Of a stretch of 35,953 nucleotides of DNA, positions 24,043-32,345 are shown piece after piece. The stretch is from a virus (Duplodnaviria; Caudoviricetes). The DNA is taken from the IMG/VR virus record IMGVR_UViG_3300027819_000036, positions 1 through 35,953 of that record; one strand, given 5' to 3'. Under the pieces are notes generated by a model. That model did not search any database. It was given only the letters and a program-made list of their open reading frames with translations, and had not been told where the DNA came from. The translations under genes and the position numbers were made by a program. How positions within the stretch are numbered: position 1 is the first letter of the stretch; the number at the start of each line of letters is the position of its first letter.

Positions 24043-24374
24043 CCGCCGTGGCCACGAAGGGCGGCTACCGGGCGCTGGGTCGGCTGGCGCAGGACCTGGC
24101 CGAGGTGCGGGTCCAGGCGGTGGCCACGAGGCAGACCTACCAGGCGCGGGACGCGGCGGAGGATCGGGCGATCCAGGCGCTGCTCGCGCGACTGCGGGCC
24201 TCCAACGCGGACCGCCCGGGCGTGCTGGCCGTGATCGCCGACTGGGAGCACGCCTGGCTCGCCCTCGACGCCGCGGCGGACGCGGTGGTTGAGCAAGCGG
24301 AGCGCGAGCTCCTCGATCTGAGTCGCGCGGCCGAGGCGCACCTGCGGGCTGGCGCCATGTCGGCCGCAGCCTGA
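24039..24374 (+). CDS. Hypothetical helical protein (111 aa)
   Basis: ATGA coupling; GC3-rich. Confidence 0.65.
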   Translation: MTAVATKGGYRALGRLAQDLAEVRVQAVATRQTYQARDAAEDRAIQALLARLRASNADRPGVLAVIADWEHAWLALDAAADAVVEQAERELLDLSRAAEAHLRAGAMSAAA

Positions 24375-24389
24375 GCCGGATCCCGAACC

Positions 24390-24698
24390 ATGCCGCGCGC
24401 GGATGGGTCAGGCGATCGCGACGAGACCGCGGTGGAGGCGGTGCCGCGGCTGGCGCTATCCATCGACGAGGCCAGTCAGGCGCTCGGCATCGGCGATCGG
24501 CAGATGCGCGAGCTGGCCGCGCGCGAGGACTTCCCGGCGTTCCGCCTGGGGCGCCGGGTCCTGGTGCCGGTGGATGAGCTGCGCACGTGGCTGCGCCAGC
24601 AGGCCGCCGAGGAATTGACGGAGAAGCGGGCCATCGCCGAGCGCTGGCGGCGCGTGCGCCGCTTCAGCCGACCGCGCTCGGCGGCACAGGCCTCTTGA
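24390..24698 (+). CDS. Excisionase-like HTH_17 protein (probable RDF)
   Basis: LALSIDEASQALGIG...FPAFRLGRRVLVPVDELRTWL. Confidence 0.82.
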   Translation: MPRADGSGDRDETAVEAVPRLALSIDEASQALGIGDRQMRELAAREDFPAFRLGRRVLVPVDELRTWLRQQAAEELTEKRAIAERWRRVRRFSRPRSAAQAS

Positions 24699-24705
24699 AG
24701 ACGCA

Positions 24706-24743
24706 CGAGCCCCCACTCGTCCTGACAGGCACGTGGGGGCTCG
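24706..24743 (+). promoter_or_regulatory. Early-operon hairpin
   Basis: CGAGCCCCCAC/GTGGGGGCTCG 11-bp stem with inner CCT-GAC-AGG; precedes an AAGGAAGGA RBS. Confidence 0.55.
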
Positions 24744-24763
24744 CGAAAGGAAGGAACTGACCA

Positions 24764-25072
24764 ATGCTACTCGACACCACGCATCCCACGCCTCTCGCCC
24801 ACCCGTCCCATCGGTGCAGAGCGTGCAACCAACGGATCGCGGAGGTGACGGCCTACCTGGCACGCGAGGAGGTGCTCCGCCGGACGGGTCGGGGCACTGC
24901 GCGGGTGAGGGAGATCCGCCGGCTCGAGCGACGGCTCAAGGACTTCTACGAGTGCGACGTGGCGCGCGGGCTGTGCTTCGCGTTTGTGCCGCGCCACCAG
25001 GGCGACCCCGCCTGCACCTGCGGGCCACGGACCACGACCACCCCAGCGCACCCGGAGAGGAGGGCCGCCTGA
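24764..25072 (+). CDS. Hypothetical Cys/His-containing protein
   Basis: RBS; HRCRAC ... C...C...H...CTC. Confidence 0.6.
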   Translation: MLLDTTHPTPLAHPSHRCRACNQRIAEVTAYLAREEVLRRTGRGTARVREIRRLERRLKDFYECDVARGLCFAFVPRHQGDPACTCGPRTTTTPAHPERRAA

Positions 25073-25371
25073 TGGCCGCAGCATTTATCCCAGAGCAGGG
25101 GACCAAGTACGCCCCGTGCGAGCCGGATTGCCGAACGCCGAGCCAGTACAACCCCCGTCCCTTACCGGCCGGCTCCAATCTGACAGAGCACACAGACTGC
25201 GCGGCCATCCGCCGCGCAGTTGAGGGCGCCTGCCGTCTCTGCGGCAAGACGCTCGGTTGGGGTGCCAGGGTCTACTCGGATCCCCTCCCGACGGAGGCTG
25301 CACGCACGGATCTGGTCCATGCGGACTGCCTAGAGGACCACATGCCCGGGCCGAAGGTGGGGGAAGCGTGA
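25072..25371 (+). CDS. Hypothetical zinc-binding protein (99 aa)
   Basis: TGATG coupling, GGAGAGGAGG RBS; CEPDC, HTDC, CRLC, HADC. Confidence 0.65.
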   Translation: MAAAFIPEQGTKYAPCEPDCRTPSQYNPRPLPAGSNLTEHTDCAAIRRAVEGACRLCGKTLGWGARVYSDPLPTEAARTDLVHADCLEDHMPGPKVGEA

Positions 25372-25589
25372 CCGCCGCCCCGACCGCCCGGGCTGAAGTT
25401 GCGGGCGAGCTGCTCCAGTCAATCCGCCTCTACCGCCTCTGGCCGATCGAGGAGCACCGGCAGGGCATCCTGGTCGCCTGGCGGCAGCTCCAGCGCGCCA
25501 CCGGGCAGGGCGAGCCCGTCCCGCCCACGGCCATCGCCTGCCAGTCGCCCTATGTCGTGGGGAGCAGTGGCTCCTGGCGGTTGTGGTGA
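25368..25589 (+). CDS. Hypothetical protein (73 aa)
   Basis: GTGA coupling chain. Confidence 0.55.
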   Translation: MTAAPTARAEVAGELLQSIRLYRLWPIEEHRQGILVAWRQLQRATGQGEPVPPTAIACQSPYVVGSSGSWRLW

Positions 25590-26065
25590 GCGGCGAGGAG
25601 CAGATGGTGGCGCCGGAGACGCCCACCATCGCCGAGCTGGCGCGCCGGGTGCGGGACCTGCGCGACGAGGAACGGCGGGACAGCGCCTTCGTCGCCAGCA
25701 TGCGAGCGGAGTTCGAGCGATCGATCGAGCCGGGGGTGGCGCGAGTCAAGGCCGCTGCGGCCGCATGTGCAGAGGCTGAGACGGAGCTGCGGACCCTCGC
25801 CCTCGCCGAGTACGAGCGCACGGGCAACAAGCAGCCGGGGCCTGGGGTGGCGATCCGAGTCGTGACCAAGTTGGATTACGACCCGCAGGAAGCTCTGGCA
25901 TGGGCGATCAAGCACCTGGTAGCGCTGCAACTGGACCGGCGGGTCTTCGAGTCGCTCGCCAAGACCGCAGCGGGACCGGCATTCGTGGTCACGATCTCGG
26001 AGCCTCAGGCGACGATCGCGAGCGACTTGGGCAAGGCGCTGGGCGAGGACGGGGTGGCGTCGTGA
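25586..26065 (+). CDS. Coiled-coil protein, Gp157/Mu Gam-like
   Basis: Long heptad helix, then NKQPGPGVAIR..KLDYDPQEALAWA...LQLDRRVFE. Confidence 0.55.
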   Translation: MSGEEQMVAPETPTIAELARRVRDLRDEERRDSAFVASMRAEFERSIEPGVARVKAAAAACAEAETELRTLALAEYERTGNKQPGPGVAIRVVTKLDYDPQEALAWAIKHLVALQLDRRVFESLAKTAAGPAFVVTISEPQATIASDLGKALGEDGVAS

Positions 26066-26457
26066 GTGCGACGGCGACGGTCTCCGTGCGCTGTCCGGAC
26101 TGCCAGTCGATCCTGCCCGTGGCGCTCCCGCCGCTGGCTGACCTGCTGGCGGCGGGGCTCTACGAGTGGGCTACGGGGCTCGACGTCGGCCTGACACCGC
26201 TGGAGGCCGCAATCGTCGAAGTCCTGCACGCCAGCCCCGGCCGGGTCGTCGCCATGGAGACGATCCACCGCTCGATCCACGGCGGGGACTGGGACCCGGT
26301 GATCGACGCGCACCCCCTCCGCCAGCACATCTCCCGGCTGCGGCCAAAGCTCGCCCGCGCGGGCTGGTGGGTCGCGAGCGAGACGGGCATCGGTTTCAGA
26401 CTTTTACCCCAGGGCTCGGCCGCACGTGGAGTAGCGGCGGGCGGAGAGGCAACCTAG
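26062..26457 (+). CDS. OmpR/PhoB-type winged-helix DNA-binding protein with N-terminal CxxC and no receiver domain
   Basis: LTPLEAAIVEVLHASPGRVV..ETI...LRQHISRLRPKL...SETGIGFRL; N-terminal CPDC. Confidence 0.8.
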   Translation: MSATATVSVRCPDCQSILPVALPPLADLLAAGLYEWATGLDVGLTPLEAAIVEVLHASPGRVVAMETIHRSIHGGDWDPVIDAHPLRQHISRLRPKLARAGWWVASETGIGFRLLPQGSAARGVAAGGEAT

Positions 26458-26459
26458 CC

Positions 26460-26951
26460 ATGCGAGAAATCCAACTCACCCAGGGCAAGGTCGCACTTGT
26501 CGACGACGAGGATTACGAGTTGGCGAGTCGGTTCCGGTGGTACGTCGAGCGCAAGGCGAATGGCTGGTACGCCCGTCGCAACATCCGGAGACCAGACGGC
26601 CGAAAGGCGAAGATCCTCCTTCACCGCGCGATCCTGGGCGCTGAGCCAGGTGTCGGGGTTGACCACATCAACAGAGACGGCCTTGACAACCGCCGCAGCA
26701 ACCTGCGATGGGCCAGCACGTCCCAGAACGGGGCGAACCGGGGACTCAACGCCAACAGCACGTCGGGCTACAAGGGGGTGGATTTCCAAAAGGCCCGAGG
26801 CTGCTGGAGAGCACTGATCGAATGCCGCGGGCGCCGGCTCCACCTCGGCGTTTACGCCACGCCCGAGGAAGCGGCGCGCGCCTACGACCGGGCGGCCGTG
26901 GAGTTCTTTGGCGCCTTTGCCCGCCCGAACTTCCAGGAGGTGGCTGCATGA
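26460..26951 (+). CDS. HNH-AP2 homing endonuclease
   Basis: IQLTQGKVALVDDEDY, LHRAIL, VDHINRDGLDNRRSNLR, SGYKGV, WRALI, LGVYATPEEAARAYDRAA..FFGAFARPNF. Confidence 0.93.
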   Translation: MREIQLTQGKVALVDDEDYELASRFRWYVERKANGWYARRNIRRPDGRKAKILLHRAILGAEPGVGVDHINRDGLDNRRSNLRWASTSQNGANRGLNANSTSGYKGVDFQKARGCWRALIECRGRRLHLGVYATPEEAARAYDRAAVEFFGAFARPNFQEVAA

Positions 26952-27160
26952 CCCTGCATCAGGCCTACCGCGTCGATCCGCGGCGGCTGTCCACCAACGG
27001 CGTGGTGATCCGCCACGCTCATCACTGCCCCGAATGCGACCGCCAGCGACGCCGCACGCCGCACGCCTGGCTCCGCCTCGCCGAGGGGCTGATTTTCGCC
27101 GCACTCACCCTGCTGGCACTCGTCGCCAGCCAACTCCCCACCGGAGGCGCCCAACCATGA
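26948..27160 (+). CDS. Small protein with HHCPEC and C-terminal TM helix (70 aa)
   Basis: AGGAGG RBS, ATGA coupling. Confidence 0.6.
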   Translation: MTLHQAYRVDPRRLSTNGVVIRHAHHCPECDRQRRRTPHAWLRLAEGLIFAALTLLALVASQLPTGGAQP

Positions 27161-28641
27161 CACAGACGACCAACGGCCTACCCACCACCACCGCCGCGCC
27201 ACCGGGAAGCTTCGCCGACGCCGAGCATTTGGCTCGAGACTTCGTCTGCGGCGATTGCGGCGCCGAAATGGTGGTGCTCAAGATCGTCGGCGAGCCATGG
27301 CGGGCTCGGTGCGGCAAGCAACCGTCTGAGCACGAGACCATCGTCCTGCGGACCGAGCGGCAGAAGGACGAGGTCCGCCAACGCCTCGAGCGAGACCCGC
27401 GCGTCGCCCAGGCGTTGGCGATTCAGGGCGCCCGCGCGCCGCTGACCAGTCAAGCGATCGCCGAGCTCGACAACGCGAAGCTGCTGGCCCGCGTGCCCGA
27501 TCGCTACGGCACGACGATCGAGGTATCTCCGCAGCAGCGGGTGATGCTCGCGCAGATCGCGCGCCTCTACCAACTCGACCCGCTCTGGGACCTGATGCTG
27601 TACGAGGGGCGGCCCTACGTCACCTACGAGGGCCGACTGCGCAAGCTGCGCGAGGCAGCCGGGTATCAGGGCCACCGGGTGCGCCCCCTGAATCGCGAGG
27701 AGAAGGAGGCGTGGGGCTTCGACCCGCAGGACCTGGTTGTCCAGTGCGACGTCGAGATGGGCTCGCATGGCGTGGTCACCGACTGGGGCGTGGTCCGTGC
27801 AGAGGAGATCACCGCGGCGATCGAGAAGCAGCGACGAAACAACGCCAGCAAGCCGGCGCCCGTGGCGAGTCACCCCCAGCAATTCGCCCTGAAGCGGGCG
27901 ATCGCGCGTGCCAGTCGGCAGGCGGTGGGCATCGACCTGCCGACCTGGGGCGCGGGTGAGGTGGTCGACGTCGAGCCTGTGCGAGAGGCCCCGCCGGACC
28001 GGCCGCGGCTGGTGGACGACACCGAGGCACGCCAGCGCGCGCGCTTCTGGGCGATTGCCAAGGGCGAGCCACCCGAGGGCCTCGGCATTGACGAGCGCCA
28101 GGTGCACGAGCTGCTGGGCGTGGAGACGCTCACGGGCTACCGGGGCGGTTGGGACCAGGCACTCTCGGATCTGACCGAGGCCGCGTCGAATCGCGAGCCG
28201 CCAGCGGCAGCCGCGCCAGAGACGACGGCGGGGACCAGGGGGGCGGGCCTCCTGAGCCCGACCGAACCAGGAGCGCGCACTGAGGGCGCTCCCCCCGCCG
28301 CGTCACCCCCGCCCATCCACGTGACCGAGCCGGCGCCCTCACTCGAGGAGCCGCCCGCCGACGACGACATGGGCCTGCCGTCCGACCCGGAGGAGGCTGA
28401 CCAGGAGAACCAGCGCTCGGTGGCGGAGCGGGTAGCCGACGGCGAGGTCGTTTCGCGCGAGGATCTGTGGGTCTGGGCGCGCGATCTGGAGCGGCAGGCG
28501 ACCAGCGTCGGCCTCCAACCGGCGGTCGCGCGTGCGGACTCGACGGCGGCGTACTTGGTCGAGTGGTGTCAGGCGGTCGAGCTGCGGGTCAACCGCCAGC
28601 TCGACAAGAGACTCGCCGCTGAGCAGGAGCTCCAGCCGTGA
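27157..28641 (+). CDS. RecT/Red-beta-like single-strand annealing protein with N-terminal Zn ribbon and long C-terminal extension (494 aa)
   Basis: GGAGG RBS; IARLYQLDP...RPYVTYEGRL and FALKRAIARASRQAVG match Bet/RecT motifs; CGDC...C...H N-terminus. Confidence 0.7.
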   Translation: MTQTTNGLPTTTAAPPGSFADAEHLARDFVCGDCGAEMVVLKIVGEPWRARCGKQPSEHETIVLRTERQKDEVRQRLERDPRVAQALAIQGARAPLTSQAIAELDNAKLLARVPDRYGTTIEVSPQQRVMLAQIARLYQLDPLWDLMLYEGRPYVTYEGRLRKLREAAGYQGHRVRPLNREEKEAWGFDPQDLVVQCDVEMGSHGVVTDWGVVRAEEITAAIEKQRRNNASKPAPVASHPQQFALKRAIARASRQAVGIDLPTWGAGEVVDVEPVREAPPDRPRLVDDTEARQRARFWAIAKGEPPEGLGIDERQVHELLGVETLTGYRGGWDQALSDLTEAASNREPPAAAAPETTAGTRGAGLLSPTEPGARTEGAPPAASPPPIHVTEPAPSLEEPPADDDMGLPSDPEEADQENQRSVAERVADGEVVSREDLWVWARDLERQATSVGLQPAVARADSTAAYLVEWCQAVELRVNRQLDKRLAAEQELQP

Positions 28642-29036
28642 CGGGCGCGGATGGGAGGGCGGCCCTCGCGGCCGCCCTGGCCCTCCTCATCCTCCTGGTA
28701 GTGGCGGTATCGGCTGCCGAGCCATACAGCCCCGAGGACACGTTCGCGGCGATCGCGCAGGCGGCCGAAGCCCACCAGGTGAGCGAGGCCTGGCTGACGC
28801 GCGTCGTGGGCTGCGAGACAGGGCACCTGTTCAACCCTGACGCCCTCGGCGACGGCGGCAGCTCGCACGGCGTGGCGCAGCTCAACGATTGGCCGACGGG
28901 GCTCCTCGGGCACTTCATGGCGCAGGGCTACACCGATCCCTACGACCCGTACCAGGCGACGGATTACATGGCGCGCGCCTTCGCTGGCGACTGGGAAGGC
29001 GAGGGGATCGGCTGGTGGCGGTGGTCGTGTCGGTGA
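28638..29036 (+). CDS. Secreted/anchored lytic transglycosylase (SLT/lysozyme-like)
   Basis: Hydrophobic N-terminus; VGCETGHLFNPDA (catalytic Glu), HGVAQL, DPYQA. Confidence 0.75.
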   Translation: MTGADGRAALAAALALLILLVVAVSAAEPYSPEDTFAAIAQAAEAHQVSEAWLTRVVGCETGHLFNPDALGDGGSSHGVAQLNDWPTGLLGHFMAQGYTDPYDPYQATDYMARAFAGDWEGEGIGWWRWSCR

Positions 29037-29305
29037 AGCGAGAGTGGCGCGTCGTCTGGCAACGGGAGGGGCTAGACAAAAAGGCACGGCGCGTCAAGAG
29101 TCAGACCGGAGCCGAGCGCCTTGCACTCCTGTTGCTCGGCCAATTCCCGGACCCTGACAGGTTCGTCTGTTGTAGTGGGTACGAGTGCCCATGCAAGGGG
29201 ATCACCTTGCAGCAGCGGCACGCTGAGTACCCGCCGTTAGTCGCGGGCCCGGTCATCGAGTCGCGCCCGTTCGTCCCGTGGGAGACAGAGGGAGGCGTGC
29301 GATGA
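29033..29305 (+). CDS. Hypothetical protein (90 aa)
   Basis: GTGA coupling; CCSGYECPC. Confidence 0.6.
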   Translation: MKREWRVVWQREGLDKKARRVKSQTGAERLALLLLGQFPDPDRFVCCSGYECPCKGITLQQRHAEYPPLVAGPVIESRPFVPWETEGGVR

Positions 29306-29505
29306 CGACTGACAGCCTGAGGAGCGCCGTGGAGGCCTACGACCGCCAGCGCAACGACCCACGGGTGCTGCGGCGTCTGGCGCGGCCGGCGATCGCCGTG
29401 AGACGGATCTGTCTAGCGTGCGGAAGCGCCTTTGAGCCACGCCTGGCGCCACTGAAGTGGGGCTGCCAGGCGTGCGGGGGCAAGCTGGTGGAGGTGGTGA
29501 GCTGA
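29302..29505 (+). CDS. Zinc-ribbon protein (67 aa)
   Basis: GGAGG RBS; CLACG...CQACGGKL. Confidence 0.65.
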   Translation: MTTDSLRSAVEAYDRQRNDPRVLRRLARPAIAVRRICLACGSAFEPRLAPLKWGCQACGGKLVEVVS

Positions 29506-30647
29506 TGGCCTGGATCGAGTCGCACCAATCCCTCGCGCGCCACCGCAAAACCCTCGCGGTGGTGGCGGCCCTGAAGGTCGATCGCCACAAGCTGCTGGGC
29601 CACCTGCACGAGCTGTGGTGGTGGGGACTCGACAACGCGGACACCAACGGCCGCCTCGGCCAGATCGCGGCCGAAGTGCTGGCCGAGGCGGCCGGCTGGC
29701 CCATCCGCGACGCTACGCGTTTCGTCGGGGCGTTGGTGGATGCGGGGTTCCTGGACGGCCGCGATGGGGGGTTGGTCCTGCACGACTGGTACGACTACGC
29801 GGGCAAGCTCAACGACCGACGCCAGGCAAACCAGCAGCGCATGAAACGCGCACGTGCGAGCAGTGAGAACGAACAGGAGACACGCACAGATGGCGCACGT
29901 GCATCGCACGTGCAGGACACCGTGCGCGAACGTGTGGAGCTACCGGACCGGACCGGACCGGACCGGACCGGACCGGACCTAACCGGAGACGTATCCCCCC
30001 CACCGCTGCGCGGCGGTCCCCCCCCAGGGCCCTCTCTCGACGTGGCGGAGGCGATTCCGGAAAACGGCAGAACGGCAGATTCACCGAACGACGACACGAC
30101 GGTGCCTGTGCCGAAGCGCCAGCCAGTCCCGAAGCCGTCGAAGCGTGTCACCGAGGTCGACGCGGCCTTCGAGGACGCCCTGGTCTCCGAGTTCGAGGCC
30201 GCGTTTGGCTCGGCCGAGGCGGTCCGCGACACGATTGCGGCGGCGCTGGGTCACCAGGCGGCCCGCAAATACTCCGACCAGCGGGCCTACGTCCGGAACT
30301 GGCTGCGGCGGGACTCAGCGAATCAACCCTCGACCGTGGCCCAGCCCAGGGACTGGAGACCTGCCGAGGGCCGCACCGCCACGGCCGACAAGATCGACCT
30401 GGCGGTGCGGCTGAGCCACAAGAGGATTCTGGCGGTGGCGGCGGGGGACGCGGACGACACCCCCCTGCCGCCGAGACTCGAGTTACCGCCTCGGCCGACA
30501 CCGACGCCCATCGAGCCGCAGGACGAGCTGATCCGACGGATCAGGGCCGAGGCGGCGGCAGAGCGCGACAAGGTGGCAACGGGGCGGGTCTTCGATCGAC
30601 CAGCCCAGCTAGCGACAGAAACACTGACGAGAGAGGTGAGGGGATGA
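29505..30647 (+). CDS. Phage replication initiator / replisome organiser (380 aa)
   Basis: GGAGGTG RBS; MAWIESHQSLARHRKT...LGHLHELWWW...FVGALVDAGFLD...LHDWYDYAGKL winged-helix N-terminus; internal repeats. Confidence 0.85.
   Translation: MAWIESHQSLARHRKTLAVVAALKVDRHKLLGHLHELWWWGLDNADTNGRLGQIAAEVLAEAAGWPIRDATRFVGALVDAGFLDGRDGGLVLHDWYDYAGKLNDRRQANQQRMKRARASSENEQETRTDGARASHVQDTVRERVELPDRTGPDRTGPDLTGDVSPPPLRGGPPPGPSLDVAEAIPENGRTADSPNDDTTVPVPKRQPVPKPSKRVTEVDAAFEDALVSEFEAAFGSAEAVRDTIAAALGHQAARKYSDQRAYVRNWLRRDSANQPSTVAQPRDWRPAEGRTATADKIDLAVRLSHKRILAVAAGDADDTPLPPRLELPPRPTPTPIEPQDELIRRIRAEAAAERDKVATGRVFDRPAQLATETLTREVRG
29849..29976 (+). repeat. Putative replication origin: palindromic iterons plus (ACCGG)7
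   Basis: CGCACGTGC at 29849, 29894 and 29905 with degenerate copies after; ACCGG x7 at 29942-29976. Confidence 0.75.
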
Positions 30648-30850
30648 CACCAAACCACGAGCTCGACGGGCTGACAATCAACGGCTGGGTGTGGCGCTGC
30701 CTGCGCTGCCGCCAGATCGTCCGTCCGGTGCCCTCGAATCGCGTCTGCCCGGCCGCCGACTGCGGCGGGACCGTCCGACGTTCAGCAGCCCGCCGACCAG
30801 GGCCAGCCGAATCCGCGCCGGTGCGCGCGGTGGCGGGAGGGGCCCGGTGA
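30644..30850 (+). CDS. Zinc-ribbon protein
   Basis: ATGA coupling; WRCLRC...CPAADCGG. Confidence 0.6.
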   Translation: MTPNHELDGLTINGWVWRCLRCRQIVRPVPSNRVCPAADCGGTVRRSAARRPGPAESAPVRAVAGGAR

Positions 30851-31164
30851 GCGCGGCGGCTGTCAGGGCCCCGCGGCAGACCGAGTCGGGCTTCCAGCGC
30901 CAGGTGCTCCGAGCCGCGGCGGCGCTCCGGTGGCGCGCCTATCACTCGTGGTCGTCGATCCACTGCGTCGCGGGGTTCCCCGACCTGGTGCTGGTGCGGC
31001 CACCGGACGTCATTTTCGCCGAGCTCAAAACGAACGCCGGGACCGTCACCGCCGCCCAGGAAGCCTGGATCGACTCACTGAGCCGCTGCCCGGGGGTGAG
31101 CGCCGTCGTTTGGCGACCACGCGACTGGGACCAGATCGTGGCCGTGTTGCGAGGCCCGGCATGA
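30847..31164 (+). CDS. VRR-NUC nuclease (105 aa)
   Basis: TESGFQRQV, AGFPDLVLVR, FAELK..G.V..AQEAW, VWRPRDW. Confidence 0.9.
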   Translation: MSAAAVRAPRQTESGFQRQVLRAAAALRWRAYHSWSSIHCVAGFPDLVLVRPPDVIFAELKTNAGTVTAAQEAWIDSLSRCPGVSAVVWRPRDWDQIVAVLRGPA

Positions 31165-32345
31165 GCGCCGCCCTGGCAGCGGCACTGCAGCGTGCCGGCC
31201 TCTTCGAGCAACTCAACCTGGAGGACATCCACGCGCTCGCGTTGCGAGATCTCGGCGCGCTCGAACAGCTCGTTGACGATCGTGAGGAGCAACTCCAGCA
31301 GCACGAGGAGCGGGCGCTCAGCGCGTGGATCGAGATCGGCGCGGTACTGACCGCCGTGCGCCATCGCCACCTCACCCGGGCAGCGGACCTGTACGCCTGG
31401 GCCAAGGAGCGCTGGGGGTGGAGCGACCGAGAAATCCGCAACTACACGTGGGCCTACAAGGAGCGGAAACGCGTTTCCGCAGTGCCCCCGGGCGTGGGCA
31501 TCCGTGGGCTCCGAGCTGCCGTCAAGGCCGCGCTCAAGGAGGAGGGCCACGCACCGGCGCCGGTGGCGATCGTCCCCGAAGCCAGCCTGCCCGAAGACGT
31601 GGTGCTCGTCGTGGGCGACGCCGCCTGTCTCGACGAGATCGAGGACGGCAGTGTCGACCTGGTGGTGACCTCGCCGCCCTACGACCTGGGCCTCGACTAC
31701 GGCCCCGGCATCGACGACGCGCTCGGGCGGAACGCCTACCTGGACCTGGCGCGCCGCTGGGCGCAGGAGTGGTGGCGCAAGGCGGCGCCGCAGGGTCGGC
31801 TGTGCCTGAACGTCCCGCTCGATACGGCGGGCGAGACGGGACCGCGCCCCGCCTACGCCGACTGGGTCCGGGTCCTCGGAGACGTTGGCTGGCACTACCG
31901 CACGACGATCGTCTGGGCCGAGGGCAACGTTTCGCAACAGAGGGCCCGGGGCAGCGTGGACTCGCCGTCGGCGCCGCACGTGATCGCCCCCGTGGAGATG
32001 GTGATCGTCGCCCACAAAGGCGAGTGGAATCTCTCAGCGGCACGGCGGACGCACCCCGCGTGGGGCCAGCCCGACCTGCTGCGCGCCGAGTGGCTCGACT
32101 GGACGAGCGGGCTCTGGGCCTTCCCCGGCACGAGCGTGCCGAGCTGGCACACGGCACCGTTCCCCGAGGAGCTGCCGCGGCGCCTGATCAAACTCTTCAG
32201 CTTCCCGGGGGCACTCGTGCTCGATCCGTTTCTCGGCTCTGGCACGAGCGCGGTCGTCGCGGCGAGGTTGGGCCGCCGGTTCTACGGAGTTGACCGGAAC
32301 CCCGAGTTCGTCGCCCGGGCCCGTCAGCGTGTGGCTGCGGCGTGA
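31161..32345 (+). CDS. N4C/N6A DNA methyltransferase (beta class) with DUF3102-like N-terminal domain
   Basis: SVDLVVTSPPY, HTAPFPEELPRRLIKLFS, VLDPFLGSGT; N-terminal WIEIGAVL...WAKERWGWSDREIRNY. Confidence 0.92.
   Translation: MSAALAAALQRAGLFEQLNLEDIHALALRDLGALEQLVDDREEQLQQHEERALSAWIEIGAVLTAVRHRHLTRAADLYAWAKERWGWSDREIRNYTWAYKERKRVSAVPPGVGIRGLRAAVKAALKEEGHAPAPVAIVPEASLPEDVVLVVGDAACLDEIEDGSVDLVVTSPPYDLGLDYGPGIDDALGRNAYLDLARRWAQEWWRKAAPQGRLCLNVPLDTAGETGPRPAYADWVRVLGDVGWHYRTTIVWAEGNVSQQRARGSVDSPSAPHVIAPVEMVIVAHKGEWNLSAARRTHPAWGQPDLLRAEWLDWTSGLWAFPGTSVPSWHTAPFPEELPRRLIKLFSFPGALVLDPFLGSGTSAVVAARLGRRFYGVDRNPEFVARARQRVAAA

Noticed and set aside
29942-29976. CRISPR array or mini-array (also considered for 20575/20974 and 35541-35613)
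   Set aside because: Repeats are too short or too few and lack unique 25-45-nt spacers; no cas genes.
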